A DNA stretch of 50,039 nucleotides from IMG/VR virus record IMGVR_UViG_3300025723_001115, positions 1 to 50,039 of that record. The stretch is one strand, 5' to 3'. The stretch's first letter is position 1. Every line of letters begins with the position of its first letter. This DNA comes from a virus. Lineage: Duplodnaviria; Caudoviricetes. Below, piece after piece: positions 1 to 8,578 of the stretch. The notes under the pieces were generated by a model. That model saw only the letters and a list, made by a program, of their open reading frames with translations. It was not told the origin of the DNA and did no database searches. Position numbers and translations under genes: made by a program.

Positions 1-565
1 CTTTACTAACACGACTAACACACAATAGATATTTGGCAAGCACATCTTCTCTTAGATTAGGGGTGAATATTGTACGATCAACACCTCGTGTCCAAGGAAT
101 AACTTCACCACTAAATCCGTGTGCCTGTAATTCCTTAACCATTGAGTCTGTTGTTGTTAAAACTTTGCCACTATGCTTATGAAACCAGCGTACAAAACGC
201 CAAGTAAGTGACTCAGGTATTCCAAATAACTTTTTGAGCCCTTCAGGAAACTTAGTGTGATAAGCGGTATTGTGAGGAATATTAGCCAATGAAAGATATG
301 CTCTAGCCCACATACCAAGAGGACCCTCTGTGGCGATATGGATATAATCCGGATTGACCTCCTTAATCTTCTTGCCCATGTTCCGCGGATAGGCAATCTT
401 GACTTCGTTGTAGCCAGGACAATCAATGTAGCTGAACCACCCGGGATGAAGAAAAACAACGTTATAACCGTCCAAAAGCGCACACGCCTCAATATTTTTG
501 TACGTAGTGACAACGCCATTTATTTGATCCGGTAAATTATCTGTGATGATTAAAATCGTTTTCAT
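1..565 (-). CDS. Glycosyltransferase family 4 (GT-B), runs off the window start
   Basis: Not in the ORF track. Read by hand from ATG 565: MKTILIITDNLPDQINGVVTTY...PDYIHIATEGPLG...YHTKFPE...WTRGVD. The frame is open to base 1 and carries GT4 N-terminal motifs. Confidence 0.9.
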   Translation of the reverse strand, partial: MKTILIITDNLPDQINGVVTTYKNIEACALLDGYNVVFLHPGWFSYIDCPGYNEVKIAYPRNMGKKIKEVNPDYIHIATEGPLGMWARAYLSLANIPHNTAYHTKFPEGLKKLFGIPESLTWRFVRWFHKHSGKVLTTTDSMVKELQAHGFSGEVIPWTRGVDRTIFTPNLREDVLAKYLLCVSRVSK

Positions 566-566
566 A

Positions 567-1391
567 CTATTTTTTTAACAGTTGTTCTCGATATAAATCC
601 CACGCATATCCGCTTTTAAATTCTTCCTTGTTAAATTGTCTAAAACTAATATCATTTAGCCAACGTATTTTGGCATCCTCAGTAGAATCATTTTGATATT
701 TGTATATCATACTAACTGAGCTATCGGCTGTAGCAGGAACACCATGAAGCCAAGCATCCACAGCTGATGTACTACTGTAAGTTATTATAATTTTAGCTTC
801 GTTAACCGCATCTAGCATAGTTCCTTGATATATAGGAAGATCAAATCCTTCTAGGTATTTAGGATCTTCTTTAGGATGTGGTTTAAATTGTATGTTAGAG
901 TGACCTTGTAATTGTAATTCATTAAATTTACTTCTAGCCCAAGCATAAATGTTAGTACCTTTAAGGCTCATATCTCCAGTCACTTGACCCATAATTAATG
1001 TTAAGTCAGTTACACTAGATTCATTTCTAGGAAGAACAGACCAGTTGTGTTTTACACATCTTGAATTATCATTATTAGGAACTATTAGTTGACTTTCTCC
1101 GTTAAGTCCCCAATAGTTTATTGAAGAAAATAACATACGGTCTTGAGTAAATCCATGTTCAATACAAATGGGAATTTCACCAGTTTGTCGACAATGTTCA
1201 AGAATACCAGATGCTTGCTTTAGACCCCAAAATAAATGAATATCGGTGCCATGATTAGACAAATGGCTAACTGTTGGATTATTTTCACGTTCTTTTATCT
1301 TGTATCCATGACATTTTAATCCTTTGGCAAATGCCTTGAGCCAAGGACTTATAAAATTATTTTTTGATTTATAAACTGCTACATTTATCAT
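567..1391 (-). CDS. Putative capsular-polysaccharide/GT-B-like protein
   Basis: Motifs GQVxGD, FKPHP and TYSSTSAVDAWLHGVP resemble capsule-biosynthesis GT-B proteins. Ends in a rare TAG. Confidence 0.55.
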   Translation of the reverse strand: MINVAVYKSKNNFISPWLKAFAKGLKCHGYKIKERENNPTVSHLSNHGTDIHLFWGLKQASGILEHCRQTGEIPICIEHGFTQDRMLFSSINYWGLNGESQLIVPNNDNSRCVKHNWSVLPRNESSVTDLTLIMGQVTGDMSLKGTNIYAWARSKFNELQLQGHSNIQFKPHPKEDPKYLEGFDLPIYQGTMLDAVNEAKIIITYSSTSAVDAWLHGVPATADSSVSMIYKYQNDSTEDAKIRWLNDISFRQFNKEEFKSGYAWDLYREQLLKK

Positions 1392-2161
1392 TGATTACCT
1401 TTATCGTTGTCATTTTCCTGTGTCCATGTAACTATTTCCCAAGTGCCATCGTGATGTTCAACTAGTGCTGTACAACTTTCTACCCAGTCACCGTCATTCA
1501 TATATGTAACTCCATCTATCTCTTTAATTTCAGCATGATGTATATGTCCGCATATTACACCATCGAAACCACGTTTTTTACAGTAACGTGCTATGTTGGT
1601 TTCAAATTGGAACATAAAGTCACTAGCTTTCTTAACTTTATGCTTAAGGTATTTACTAAGACTCCAGTATCCAAAGCCTAGTTTATGGCGAATCCAATTA
1701 AACTTGCTGTTCCATTCTAACACTAGATCGTACAACTTGTCGCCTAAGAATGCTAGCCATGGGGCAAGACGGGTAATGCCATCAAACAAGTCACCGTGTG
1801 TGACAAGATAGTGCTTGCCGTCGGCACCTATATGTTCTGTTTGATTGTGTATTTCAACAAGTCCAAAACTGAATCCATATGGTATCATCGGGCGCAGGAA
1901 TTCGTCATGATTTCCAGCCACGTATACAACGCGAGTGCCACGTTTAGCGTGACCAAGAACCCTGCGGACAACATTGGTGTGGCTTTGTTTCCATCGCCAT
2001 TTGTTTTGTTGAATTTTCCACGCATCAATGATATCCCCTACAAGATATAATGTTTCACAGGTATTGTGTTTGAGGAAGTTGTTTAATTTGGCAGCTTGTG
2101 AGTCACGGGTGCCTAAGTGTACATCGGAAATAAAAATACTGCGATAAGTTTTCGGTGTCAT
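1388..2161 (-). CDS. Calcineurin-like metallophosphoesterase, UDP-2,3-diacylglucosamine hydrolase (LpxH-like) family
   Basis: SDVHLG, GDIID, GNHD, HGD, CGHIH and NDGDWVE motifs. Confidence 0.88.
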   Translation of the reverse strand: MTPKTYRSIFISDVHLGTRDSQAAKLNNFLKHNTCETLYLVGDIIDAWKIQQNKWRWKQSHTNVVRRVLGHAKRGTRVVYVAGNHDEFLRPMIPYGFSFGLVEIHNQTEHIGADGKHYLVTHGDLFDGITRLAPWLAFLGDKLYDLVLEWNSKFNWIRHKLGFGYWSLSKYLKHKVKKASDFMFQFETNIARYCKKRGFDGVICGHIHHAEIKEIDGVTYMNDGDWVESCTALVEHHDGTWEIVTWTQENDNDKGNQ

Positions 2162-2194
2162 ACCAATATTTATCGCAGTATCGTGTGTGTGATG

Positions 2195-2353
2195 TTACAG
2201 TTGTATTACAGTCCACTTGGTTGTAAATGGTTTGCCTTCGGCCTTGTGTTTCAAGATTTTGGCGAATTCCTTCTTACGAAGTTCAAACTGTTTCTCGGCA
2301 TCGTGGTCGAAGCAAGCCTTATAAACCTTCTTAACAAGTTTAGATTGTTTCAT
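2195..2353 (-). CDS. Small basic hypothetical protein (52 aa)
   Basis: An AAGGAG SD precedes ATG at 2353 (MKQSKLVKK...). Confidence 0.65.
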   Translation of the reverse strand: MKQSKLVKKVYKACFDHDAEKQFELRKKEFAKILKHKAEGKPFTTKWTVIQL

Positions 2354-2373
2354 GGTTGCTTCTCCTTTTAGGT

Positions 2374-2395
2374 AAAAAATGGAACTTACGTTCCA
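2374..2395 (-). terminator. Intrinsic terminator-like hairpin in the leader of the 52-aa gene
   Basis: Minus strand TGGAAC-GTAA-GTTCCA followed by TTTTTT. Confidence 0.6.
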
Positions 2396-2441
2396 CTGTG
2401 GATTACGGGTTCCCACGGCACCCTATTTTGTGCCCGTATTG

Positions 2442-2449
2442 TATTTATA
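2442..2449 (-). promoter_or_regulatory. T4-like late promoter TATAAATA
   Basis: Exact TATAAATA on the minus strand. Also present at 8551-8558, 10371-10378 and 31123-31130, and the core TAAATA precedes many other genes. Confidence 0.6.
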
Positions 2450-2453
2450 ATTT

Positions 2454-4505
2454 TTATCTATTTCTTATAGCTGTAACTGAGCAACCGCTCGGACTAGTAC
2501 AAGTTTGTTGTAAACTATAAGCATCGCCGTTACCAGTTTGAACTATTGTAGCAGTATTTGGGCCGCCGGCATTGGTTAAACTTACAACTACTCCGTGATT
2601 GTTGCCAGTTTGGCTAACACTAGCATTGTTGCCATCACCGTATAAATTAACTGAGGCAAGATTCAAATTACCAGTCTGTATAATTGTCGATGTATTATTG
2701 TTGCCGTTTAATAAATTGTAGGCCTGATTGTTATTACCGTTTTGATTTACAGTAGCCGTATTATTATTTCCTGAAATGTTTATAATAGCACTATTAGTTG
2801 AGCCTATCTGTGATGTAGTAGTTGTGTTATTATTACCAGCAACTGATAGTCCAAGTAAATTATAGTTACTAGTAGTAAAAGATTCGCTTGCCGTACCAAT
2901 TGAGTTATATGTATAGCCTTGTCCCGCATTGATAGTGTTGTTGTTTCCGCTTAAACTAATACTAGTGTAATTGCCATGTCCGCTTTGATCAGCTTGTAAC
3001 TTATCATTGCTTCCAGCACTTACTTGTGTAATGTACACGCTATTTCTATTAGTACCTGCGTTTGGATTTACAGGAGCATGAGCAGGACCTGTTACTGTAT
3101 AATTCCAAGTTGTAGACGTTGTTGTTGTGCTAGTACCGTTTGTAGTAGTTGTACTGCCATCGCTATAATTTGTAGTTGTTACAGGTGTTGTAGTTACTAC
3201 AGTTGTGGTTGGTGTTGCTGTTCCTGTTGTTGTATATGTTTGGCCGCCAAACAAATAACTGTTATTTGTAGTTGTTGTAGAACCTACACTTGAACTTGAA
3301 CTTACGCTGTCTGTTGTACTAGTACTAGTCACAGTAGGAGCAGGACTTCCTCCACCAGCTGTTGCTCCAGCGGCTAGCGGTGTTGTAGAACCTGTGCTGG
3401 CAAACGCATTGGTCTGTGCTACTGTAGGATTATTAGTTCCATTAATAGTAACACCGTTTGAATTATTCATACCCCAGTCTGTACTAAACAATGTTCCGTT
3501 ATAGTTAGCATTACTAAAAAAGAAATAGCTGTGACCGTCTGATCCTGTACCTTCACTTAATATGTGTCCTACGCCTAGATCTCTTGCTACACTTCCATCA
3601 CTGTTATATAACCACATGTGCCATGGATTTGTATTATCACCTGTGGCGGTAAAAGCAATATATTGTGTACTTGTTGGATATACCGGACTACCAGTATTCC
3701 ATGTTGGTCCAGGACTTTTGCTATAAATTTGACAATTAGTACCGCCAGCGTTAGTACATGATCCTACATTCCATTGTGTGTCAGCAATTTGATTGCCACT
3801 AAATTTCAAATCTGTAAATTGTACACTAGGAGGTGTTTGAACAGGAACTACAGGAGCAGGTGCGCCACCTACTGATTGTGTTGCTTGAGGCGCCGCAATG
3901 GCCGCCATACTAGCACTTGAATTTGGAACGCAAGTAAAAATGCTTGTACCAGCCGCACAGGTTCCCATGTAAGTTCCTACTTCGATACTAGGATTACTAC
4001 TAGATTGTGTTCCTGATAAATCAAAACTAATATGATATGTAACACCCGCGGTTACGTTAATGCCTTGATAGATACCATCATACGATCCTACAGCACCATC
4101 ATACCATTGTCCTGGACTCCAAGATCCTGCCGCACTAGGGTATGTTCCATTTTGATACCATACTCCCCAATCGCTAGGTGCTTGTATATATTGTGTGCCA
4201 TAGTTTGTAGTGTTTACTGACAACCCACCGCCGTATTGTAAGTTACCATTGATTAGTAAATTAGTAGAACTGTTGCCTGCTGTTACACTTGGAGCAGTGA
4301 AAGTCCAAAATCCTGGATCTTGTCTAAAAGCAAATCCAACATAATCTACTCCTGTTGTGGTAGGCGTAAATGAGTAGTTGTAAACTTGTGTACCGTAAGA
4401 ATAATTTAATACGCTACCTAAATAGCCGGCTGGAAGATCTCCTGCTTGAGCAAAACTACTCAAGCAAGCAAACAACGACAATAATCCAGTTATAATCTTT
4501 TTCAT
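2454..4505 (-). CDS. Secreted protein with N-terminal beta-rich domains, Thr-rich linker and C-terminal curlin-like repeats
   Basis: Signal peptide (MKKIITGLLSLFACLSSFAQA). C-terminal N-x-A-x-x-x-Q-x-G-x-x-N repeats. Lies in the csgG operon. Confidence 0.75.
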   Translation of the reverse strand: MKKIITGLLSLFACLSSFAQAGDLPAGYLGSVLNYSYGTQVYNYSFTPTTTGVDYVGFAFRQDPGFWTFTAPSVTAGNSSTNLLINGNLQYGGGLSVNTTNYGTQYIQAPSDWGVWYQNGTYPSAAGSWSPGQWYDGAVGSYDGIYQGINVTAGVTYHISFDLSGTQSSSNPSIEVGTYMGTCAAGTSIFTCVPNSSASMAAIAAPQATQSVGGAPAPVVPVQTPPSVQFTDLKFSGNQIADTQWNVGSCTNAGGTNCQIYSKSPGPTWNTGSPVYPTSTQYIAFTATGDNTNPWHMWLYNSDGSVARDLGVGHILSEGTGSDGHSYFFFSNANYNGTLFSTDWGMNNSNGVTINGTNNPTVAQTNAFASTGSTTPLAAGATAGGGSPAPTVTSTSTTDSVSSSSSVGSTTTTNNSYLFGGQTYTTTGTATPTTTVVTTTPVTTTNYSDGSTTTTNGTSTTTTSTTWNYTVTGPAHAPVNPNAGTNRNSVYITQVSAGSNDKLQADQSGHGNYTSISLSGNNNTINAGQGYTYNSIGTASESFTTSNYNLLGLSVAGNNNTTTTSQIGSTNSAIINISGNNNTATVNQNGNNNQAYNLLNGNNNTSTIIQTGNLNLASVNLYGDGNNASVSQTGNNHGVVVSLTNAGGPNTATIVQTGNGDAYSLQQTCTSPSGCSVTAIRNR

Positions 4506-4678
4506 TCTTTAGGCCATTGAAACCAATAAGTTTTCTTTAATGCTTGTTCTAAATCTTCTCTGTTTTGATGTGTATGTCGCATAGCAAGATCGATAAATTC
4601 TAGCCAACGGTTAGTAATTTGACTTTGTCCATCACTCCATTGCTGGTACATCATTTGTAAAAATCTTGTATCTATCAT
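4502..4678 (-). CDS. Small hypothetical protein (58 aa) within the curli operon
   Basis: MIDTRFLQMMYQQWSDG...WFQWPKE*. ATGA overlaps with both neighbours. Confidence 0.75.
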   Translation of the reverse strand: MIDTRFLQMMYQQWSDGQSQITNRWLEFIDLAMRHTHQNREDLEQALKKTYWFQWPKE

Positions 4679-5826
4679 TTGTATGTTTGGTTAATAGTTA
4701 TGCTACCTTGTGGCTTGGCTGTTGCGCCTCCAAAGTTATAAGCATCTGTTACACGATCCTGTGTAACTGTTAATAATATCTTGCTATCGTTGGCTACAGT
4801 AATGCCAGCATAGTTTAATCCACTAGCACTAAGACCAAACCATCCCCATCCTGTTTGATTCAAATTAGGATTATCATTTTTAAAAATAGGAAATATGTTT
4901 GGATCTTCGTCTGGGTTTAGTTTTACAACTACGCCTTTCTTTTGTAAATCCAACAACTTTTGTGTTGCGGCGGCAACTGCGGCATCCGATTCGGCTTGAG
5001 CTTTTTCTTTGTCTGTTTGTTGGCTCTTTTCTTGTTGTTGTGTAGTATTAGCTTCAGCTAGTGTTGGACCGTTTGGATCTGCTTTAGCTGTGTCTTCTTT
5101 TTTAGCATCGCCTGTCTTTTGTGCGGCACTTTTTGCGGCTTGCTGAACAGCCATTCCTGCCATAGTAGTTGGTGGACGTATAATCAAATTATTGCCAATT
5201 GGGGAATTAGATAAATTTACAATAATTGGTGTAGTAGGAGCATCGCCTTCTATTCCAACTATAGTTGCTTGATATGGTTTGTCTAAGTGTACAATATGTC
5301 CGTTGGCTTCAACGTCAATTTTACCACTACCACAAACGAGACCTTTTAGGTTAACGACTTGTACATTTTCTTCACAAGTTGGCATTAACATAACAAGACT
5401 CTTTCCTGTTTCATCTACAGCCATAACAAAATCAGTCCCACGAACCGCAATGGCGGCCGTGGGGGTCTTAATGTTCACAGCGTTTGGATTGTTGTGAGCA
5501 ATATTACCAGACACATATCGTACTGTGCCTTCTGCGGCCTTAAGGCCAAGTTTACCACCTTTTGTTTTAGGGTCGTAAACGAAGTCGTCTATGACTAGTG
5601 CGCTACTTGCCGTTACTCGCACGGTTGTATCGTCTTTAAATGTAATCTTTACTTCGCCTGCTTTTGCCTCTACACGATCATTCATTTCAATGGCCGTGCC
5701 TTTAACAAGTGTTACACTGGTACTGCCACGTTTTACTATAGCAATACCAGTGACATCTGTTACAGAACCGATATCTGCCATCGCTGAGGTTGCGACTAAC
5801 AACGATAGAATGGCTAGATATCTCAC
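4675..5826 (-). CDS. Exported FecR-domain protein
   Basis: Signal peptide, then ITFKDDTTVRV...LVIDDFVYDP and IKTPTAAIAVRGTDF, typical of the FecR domain. Confidence 0.85.
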   Translation of the reverse strand: MRYLAILSLLVATSAMADIGSVTDVTGIAIVKRGSTSVTLVKGTAIEMNDRVEAKAGEVKITFKDDTTVRVTASSALVIDDFVYDPKTKGGKLGLKAAEGTVRYVSGNIAHNNPNAVNIKTPTAAIAVRGTDFVMAVDETGKSLVMLMPTCEENVQVVNLKGLVCGSGKIDVEANGHIVHLDKPYQATIVGIEGDAPTTPIIVNLSNSPIGNNLIIRPPTTMAGMAVQQAAKSAAQKTGDAKKEDTAKADPNGPTLAEANTTQQQEKSQQTDKEKAQAESDAAVAAATQKLLDLQKKGVVVKLNPDEDPNIFPIFKNDNPNLNQTGWGWFGLSASGLNYAGITVANDSKILLTVTQDRVTDAYNFGGATAKPQGSITINQTYK

Positions 5827-5835
5827 AACTACTCC

Positions 5836-6639
5836 TTAGTGGCTATGTTGAATAATGTTAAAGCTACCGCCAGCGGCAGTAGCACTAATATTAGCTACGT
5901 TAGAGTAGGTTCCTGTTTGTGATATGTTAAATGTTGTACTTCCTGTTCCGTTTTGTGTTAACACTAAACTACTTGCTGTGGCACTTGATTGTAATACGTT
6001 AACGGTATTGTTATCAGTGTTAGACAAGTTAATTAACTGTTGATGATTGTCGCCAATCTGTTGACTGTTGATTGTGTTACCACCACCAGTTACATAGATA
6101 GCACTAATCAAATTAGAACCTTGACCTGTATAGTTCAATGTATTACCAACTTGTTTACCAGTGCTGTCCAATCTCCAATCTAGGCTAGCATTAGCACATC
6201 CGGTTCCAGCTGAACTATCACCGCAGGTAGCGTTGATGGTGTTCAATGGACCATTTTGTAAAATATTAACGTTAGCATTATCTCCACCAAGGTGTAATGA
6301 ATTGATAATGTTACCAACTCCAACTTGATCGATAGTTACTACTTGGCTGTTGCCTTTGATAACCATACTGCTAACTGTACCACTAGCGTCACTACCGGCA
6401 CGGTTACTATTACCATCTTGCGTAATACTAACTGTAGGTGTTGTTCCGCTTTGTTCCAAATAGATAATATTAGTTGTAGCATTGTGTAACGCTGAAGTTA
6501 CGCCCGCACTAAAACTAGTACTATTTTGGGTTGTGATTGCCGGAGCAGTTCCTGCTGTAGGAGCTGTCGGCACTGTTTGTGACCATGCAGTTTGTGCAAA
6601 CGCTGAAGCGATTGCTACTGCTATTATTATTTTTTTCAT
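5836..6639 (-). CDS. Curlin-repeat (CsgA/CsgB-like) secreted protein
   Basis: Signal peptide and repeated QxGxxN motifs (EQSG, TQDGNSN, DQVGVGN, LQNGPLN, QQIGDNH, SQTGTYSN). Confidence 0.7.
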   Translation of the reverse strand: MKKIIIAVAIASAFAQTAWSQTVPTAPTAGTAPAITTQNSTSFSAGVTSALHNATTNIIYLEQSGTTPTVSITQDGNSNRAGSDASGTVSSMVIKGNSQVVTIDQVGVGNIINSLHLGGDNANVNILQNGPLNTINATCGDSSAGTGCANASLDWRLDSTGKQVGNTLNYTGQGSNLISAIYVTGGGNTINSQQIGDNHQQLINLSNTDNNTVNVLQSSATASSLVLTQNGTGSTTFNISQTGTYSNVANISATAAGGSFNIIQHSH

Positions 6640-6738
6640 TTTATTCCTCTCCGTTGGGCTATTAACCCTAAAAAACTTTTACGAACCTTCCTTCCTTAAA
6701 ATATTTAAGTTTAATTTTGTTTTAATTATACTCTGCTG

Positions 6739-7590
6739 TTATTTTTTCAACACTTCAGGTGTTAGATTTTCAACAGGTGTTAAATTTTCAACACTTGCTT
6801 TGAATCTCCATAAACCTTGGCGTTCACCCTTCTTTACTAACTCAACAATACCTTGTTCGATAGCACTACGCAATGCATAGTTGCCTGGCTCATTAAAACT
6901 TTGGCTACTATCAAATTCAAAGGTTTGTGTATTTTGATTGAAAAACTTCATCGCAGTTGCGCCGTCCATTGTGCTCAACAAATTCTTTTCAATAGTTACA
7001 CTAGTTAATACTTCACCAGTTTGTACGCTTACTAGTCGTAAGCTGATTACAACTTGATCCTGTGTGTATTGTGTATATGGACCGATACCAAATATTGCTA
7101 CGCCGGTACCACCTGTCAATACGTTGCTGTTGTAATCAATAATACCGCCTTCTAAAATAACACCAGCCAATGTTAATGGAGGTAATATTTTAGCGTTTGC
7201 GCCTTCGTAGATCTCACGAGTCTGTTTGATCATTTGACGTTCTTTTAACAAGTTATCTAAGTTAGCACGTTCGACAACTGTGAACCACTGACGATTGCCT
7301 GCTTCGCTTAGACTCTTAATTAAATACGCTTCGGCACCTTGTGTAACCGCTGTACTAAACAAACTTAGTGTTTGACTGTTTTTACGTTGTCCAGTTAAAT
7401 CTTTGAAACTGTATACAGCTACACTTACTTTAGGACCGTCTGGTGCTGGTAGTGTATCAATTGCCTTAATTACAGTTAGTGATTCTTTTGGTTGGTCTTT
7501 AATTCCAACATCTCCATATGGACGTACAGTACTACATCCAGCCAATGCTATTACGGCTAGAGCCAATGCTGTTCTTTTTATTATTTTCAT
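6739..7590 (-). CDS. csgG: Curli secretion channel lipoprotein CsgG
   Basis: Lipobox LAGC; VAVYSFKDLTGQRK, STAVTQGA, WFTVVER..LDNLLKERQMI and LEGGIIDY motifs. Confidence 0.93.
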   Translation of the reverse strand: MKIIKRTALALAVIALAGCSTVRPYGDVGIKDQPKESLTVIKAIDTLPAPDGPKVSVAVYSFKDLTGQRKNSQTLSLFSTAVTQGAEAYLIKSLSEAGNRQWFTVVERANLDNLLKERQMIKQTREIYEGANAKILPPLTLAGVILEGGIIDYNSNVLTGGTGVAIFGIGPYTQYTQDQVVISLRLVSVQTGEVLTSVTIEKNLLSTMDGATAMKFFNQNTQTFEFDSSQSFNEPGNYALRSAIEQGIVELVKKGERQGLWRFKASVENLTPVENLTPEVLKK

Positions 7591-7600
7591 CTAGCTCTCC

Positions 7601-8098
7601 TTAAAACGCGAAACTTGAAATTGGTACTGTGATAGTTTGTGTGGCGGCAGAATTGGCAACAAAGTTACCATTCGCATCCTTCTTACCATCGTATACACTT
7701 AACACTACTTGTCCACCTGCTTTTACCCATTGTATTTGCTGTGTATCAGTAACCATAAAGTTACCATTTGTACAAGCATTACTAGGACTAGGTGTACAAC
7801 TGTTAAACAAGTTATTAGTTAATTGAGTAGCTAATTGACTGTACACTTGGCCTGTAAATAAACTCATAAATTTTGCCAATGGTGTATTTGCGGCGTCAGC
7901 TTTAGCCTGTGCGGCATCGGCAGCTGCCTTAGCATCACGTTGTTGAACAGCACTTTGTCGCATCTGTTCCAAAGTTAATACTTGTGTACTCCAACCATTC
8001 CCGCTGAATGTTGGATCTTTAAAGTTCTGTACTAATTCGGCATGTGCAAAATTTACTGATGCTATGCAAAAAGTACTGAAAATTATTAATTTTCTCAT
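7601..8098 (-). CDS. csgF: Curli assembly component CsgF-like
   Basis: Signal peptide, then mature ELVQNFKDPTFSGNG (CsgF-type F-x-x-P-x-F-x-G N-terminus), and YSQLATQL. Directly upstream of csgG. Confidence 0.8.
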   Translation of the reverse strand: MRKLIIFSTFCIASVNFAHAELVQNFKDPTFSGNGWSTQVLTLEQMRQSAVQQRDAKAAADAAQAKADAANTPLAKFMSLFTGQVYSQLATQLTNNLFNSCTPSPSNACTNGNFMVTDTQQIQWVKAGGQVVLSVYDGKKDANGNFVANSAATQTITVPISSFAF

Positions 8099-8172
8099 GA
8101 GTTTCGCTCCTCTATACTTTATTTACAGAGAAACTTGTCGTATTAAACTAGTAGTTTAATCGAAAATTAATA

Positions 8173-8544
8173 TTATAATTTTAATAAGAACATGACCATT
8201 ACCAAATATGTTACTTGGTGTGCTAATTGGTCATAGCCAAACTGTGCCCAGAAGATAGGTTTGGTATTGTCTTTACTACCATAATGTACTTTAATATAGT
8301 CTATGTGGTAATGTATTATGCCTTCTGCGAGACATAATCCTATGATAGTAAAAGGATTTGTAGCATAGAAAAAACTAAAGACAAGTAATGCTACTAAACT
8401 TGTCCACACATGGTCAACACTATGACTAATGCCAATAGGATCACGATAGATGCCTTTATGGACAGTCTGTTTATAGGTTTGTATTACAAAGTCGGCATAA
8501 CAATGTTTTATTTGTAATAGTAATATGAGTATTAATATTTCCAT
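8173..8544 (-). CDS. DUF3307-like membrane protein
   Basis: KHCYADFVIQ, HS..H, HYHIDYIK and GYDQLAH motifs. Confidence 0.75.
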   Translation of the reverse strand: MEILILILLLQIKHCYADFVIQTYKQTVHKGIYRDPIGISHSVDHVWTSLVALLVFSFFYATNPFTIIGLCLAEGIIHYHIDYIKVHYGSKDNTKPIFWAQFGYDQLAHQVTYLVMVMFLLKL

Positions 8545-8578
8545 GTGTACTATTTATAATACTACATGTTAAAGGATA

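Noticed and set aside
157-535. ORF-track ORFs 157..519 (-) and 338..535 (+)
   Set aside because: They are shadow frames of the real GT4 gene at 1..565 (-).
6750-6795. VENLTP tandem duplication at the CsgG C-terminus
   Set aside because: This is a short 18-bp duplication in a variable tail with no evidence of function.
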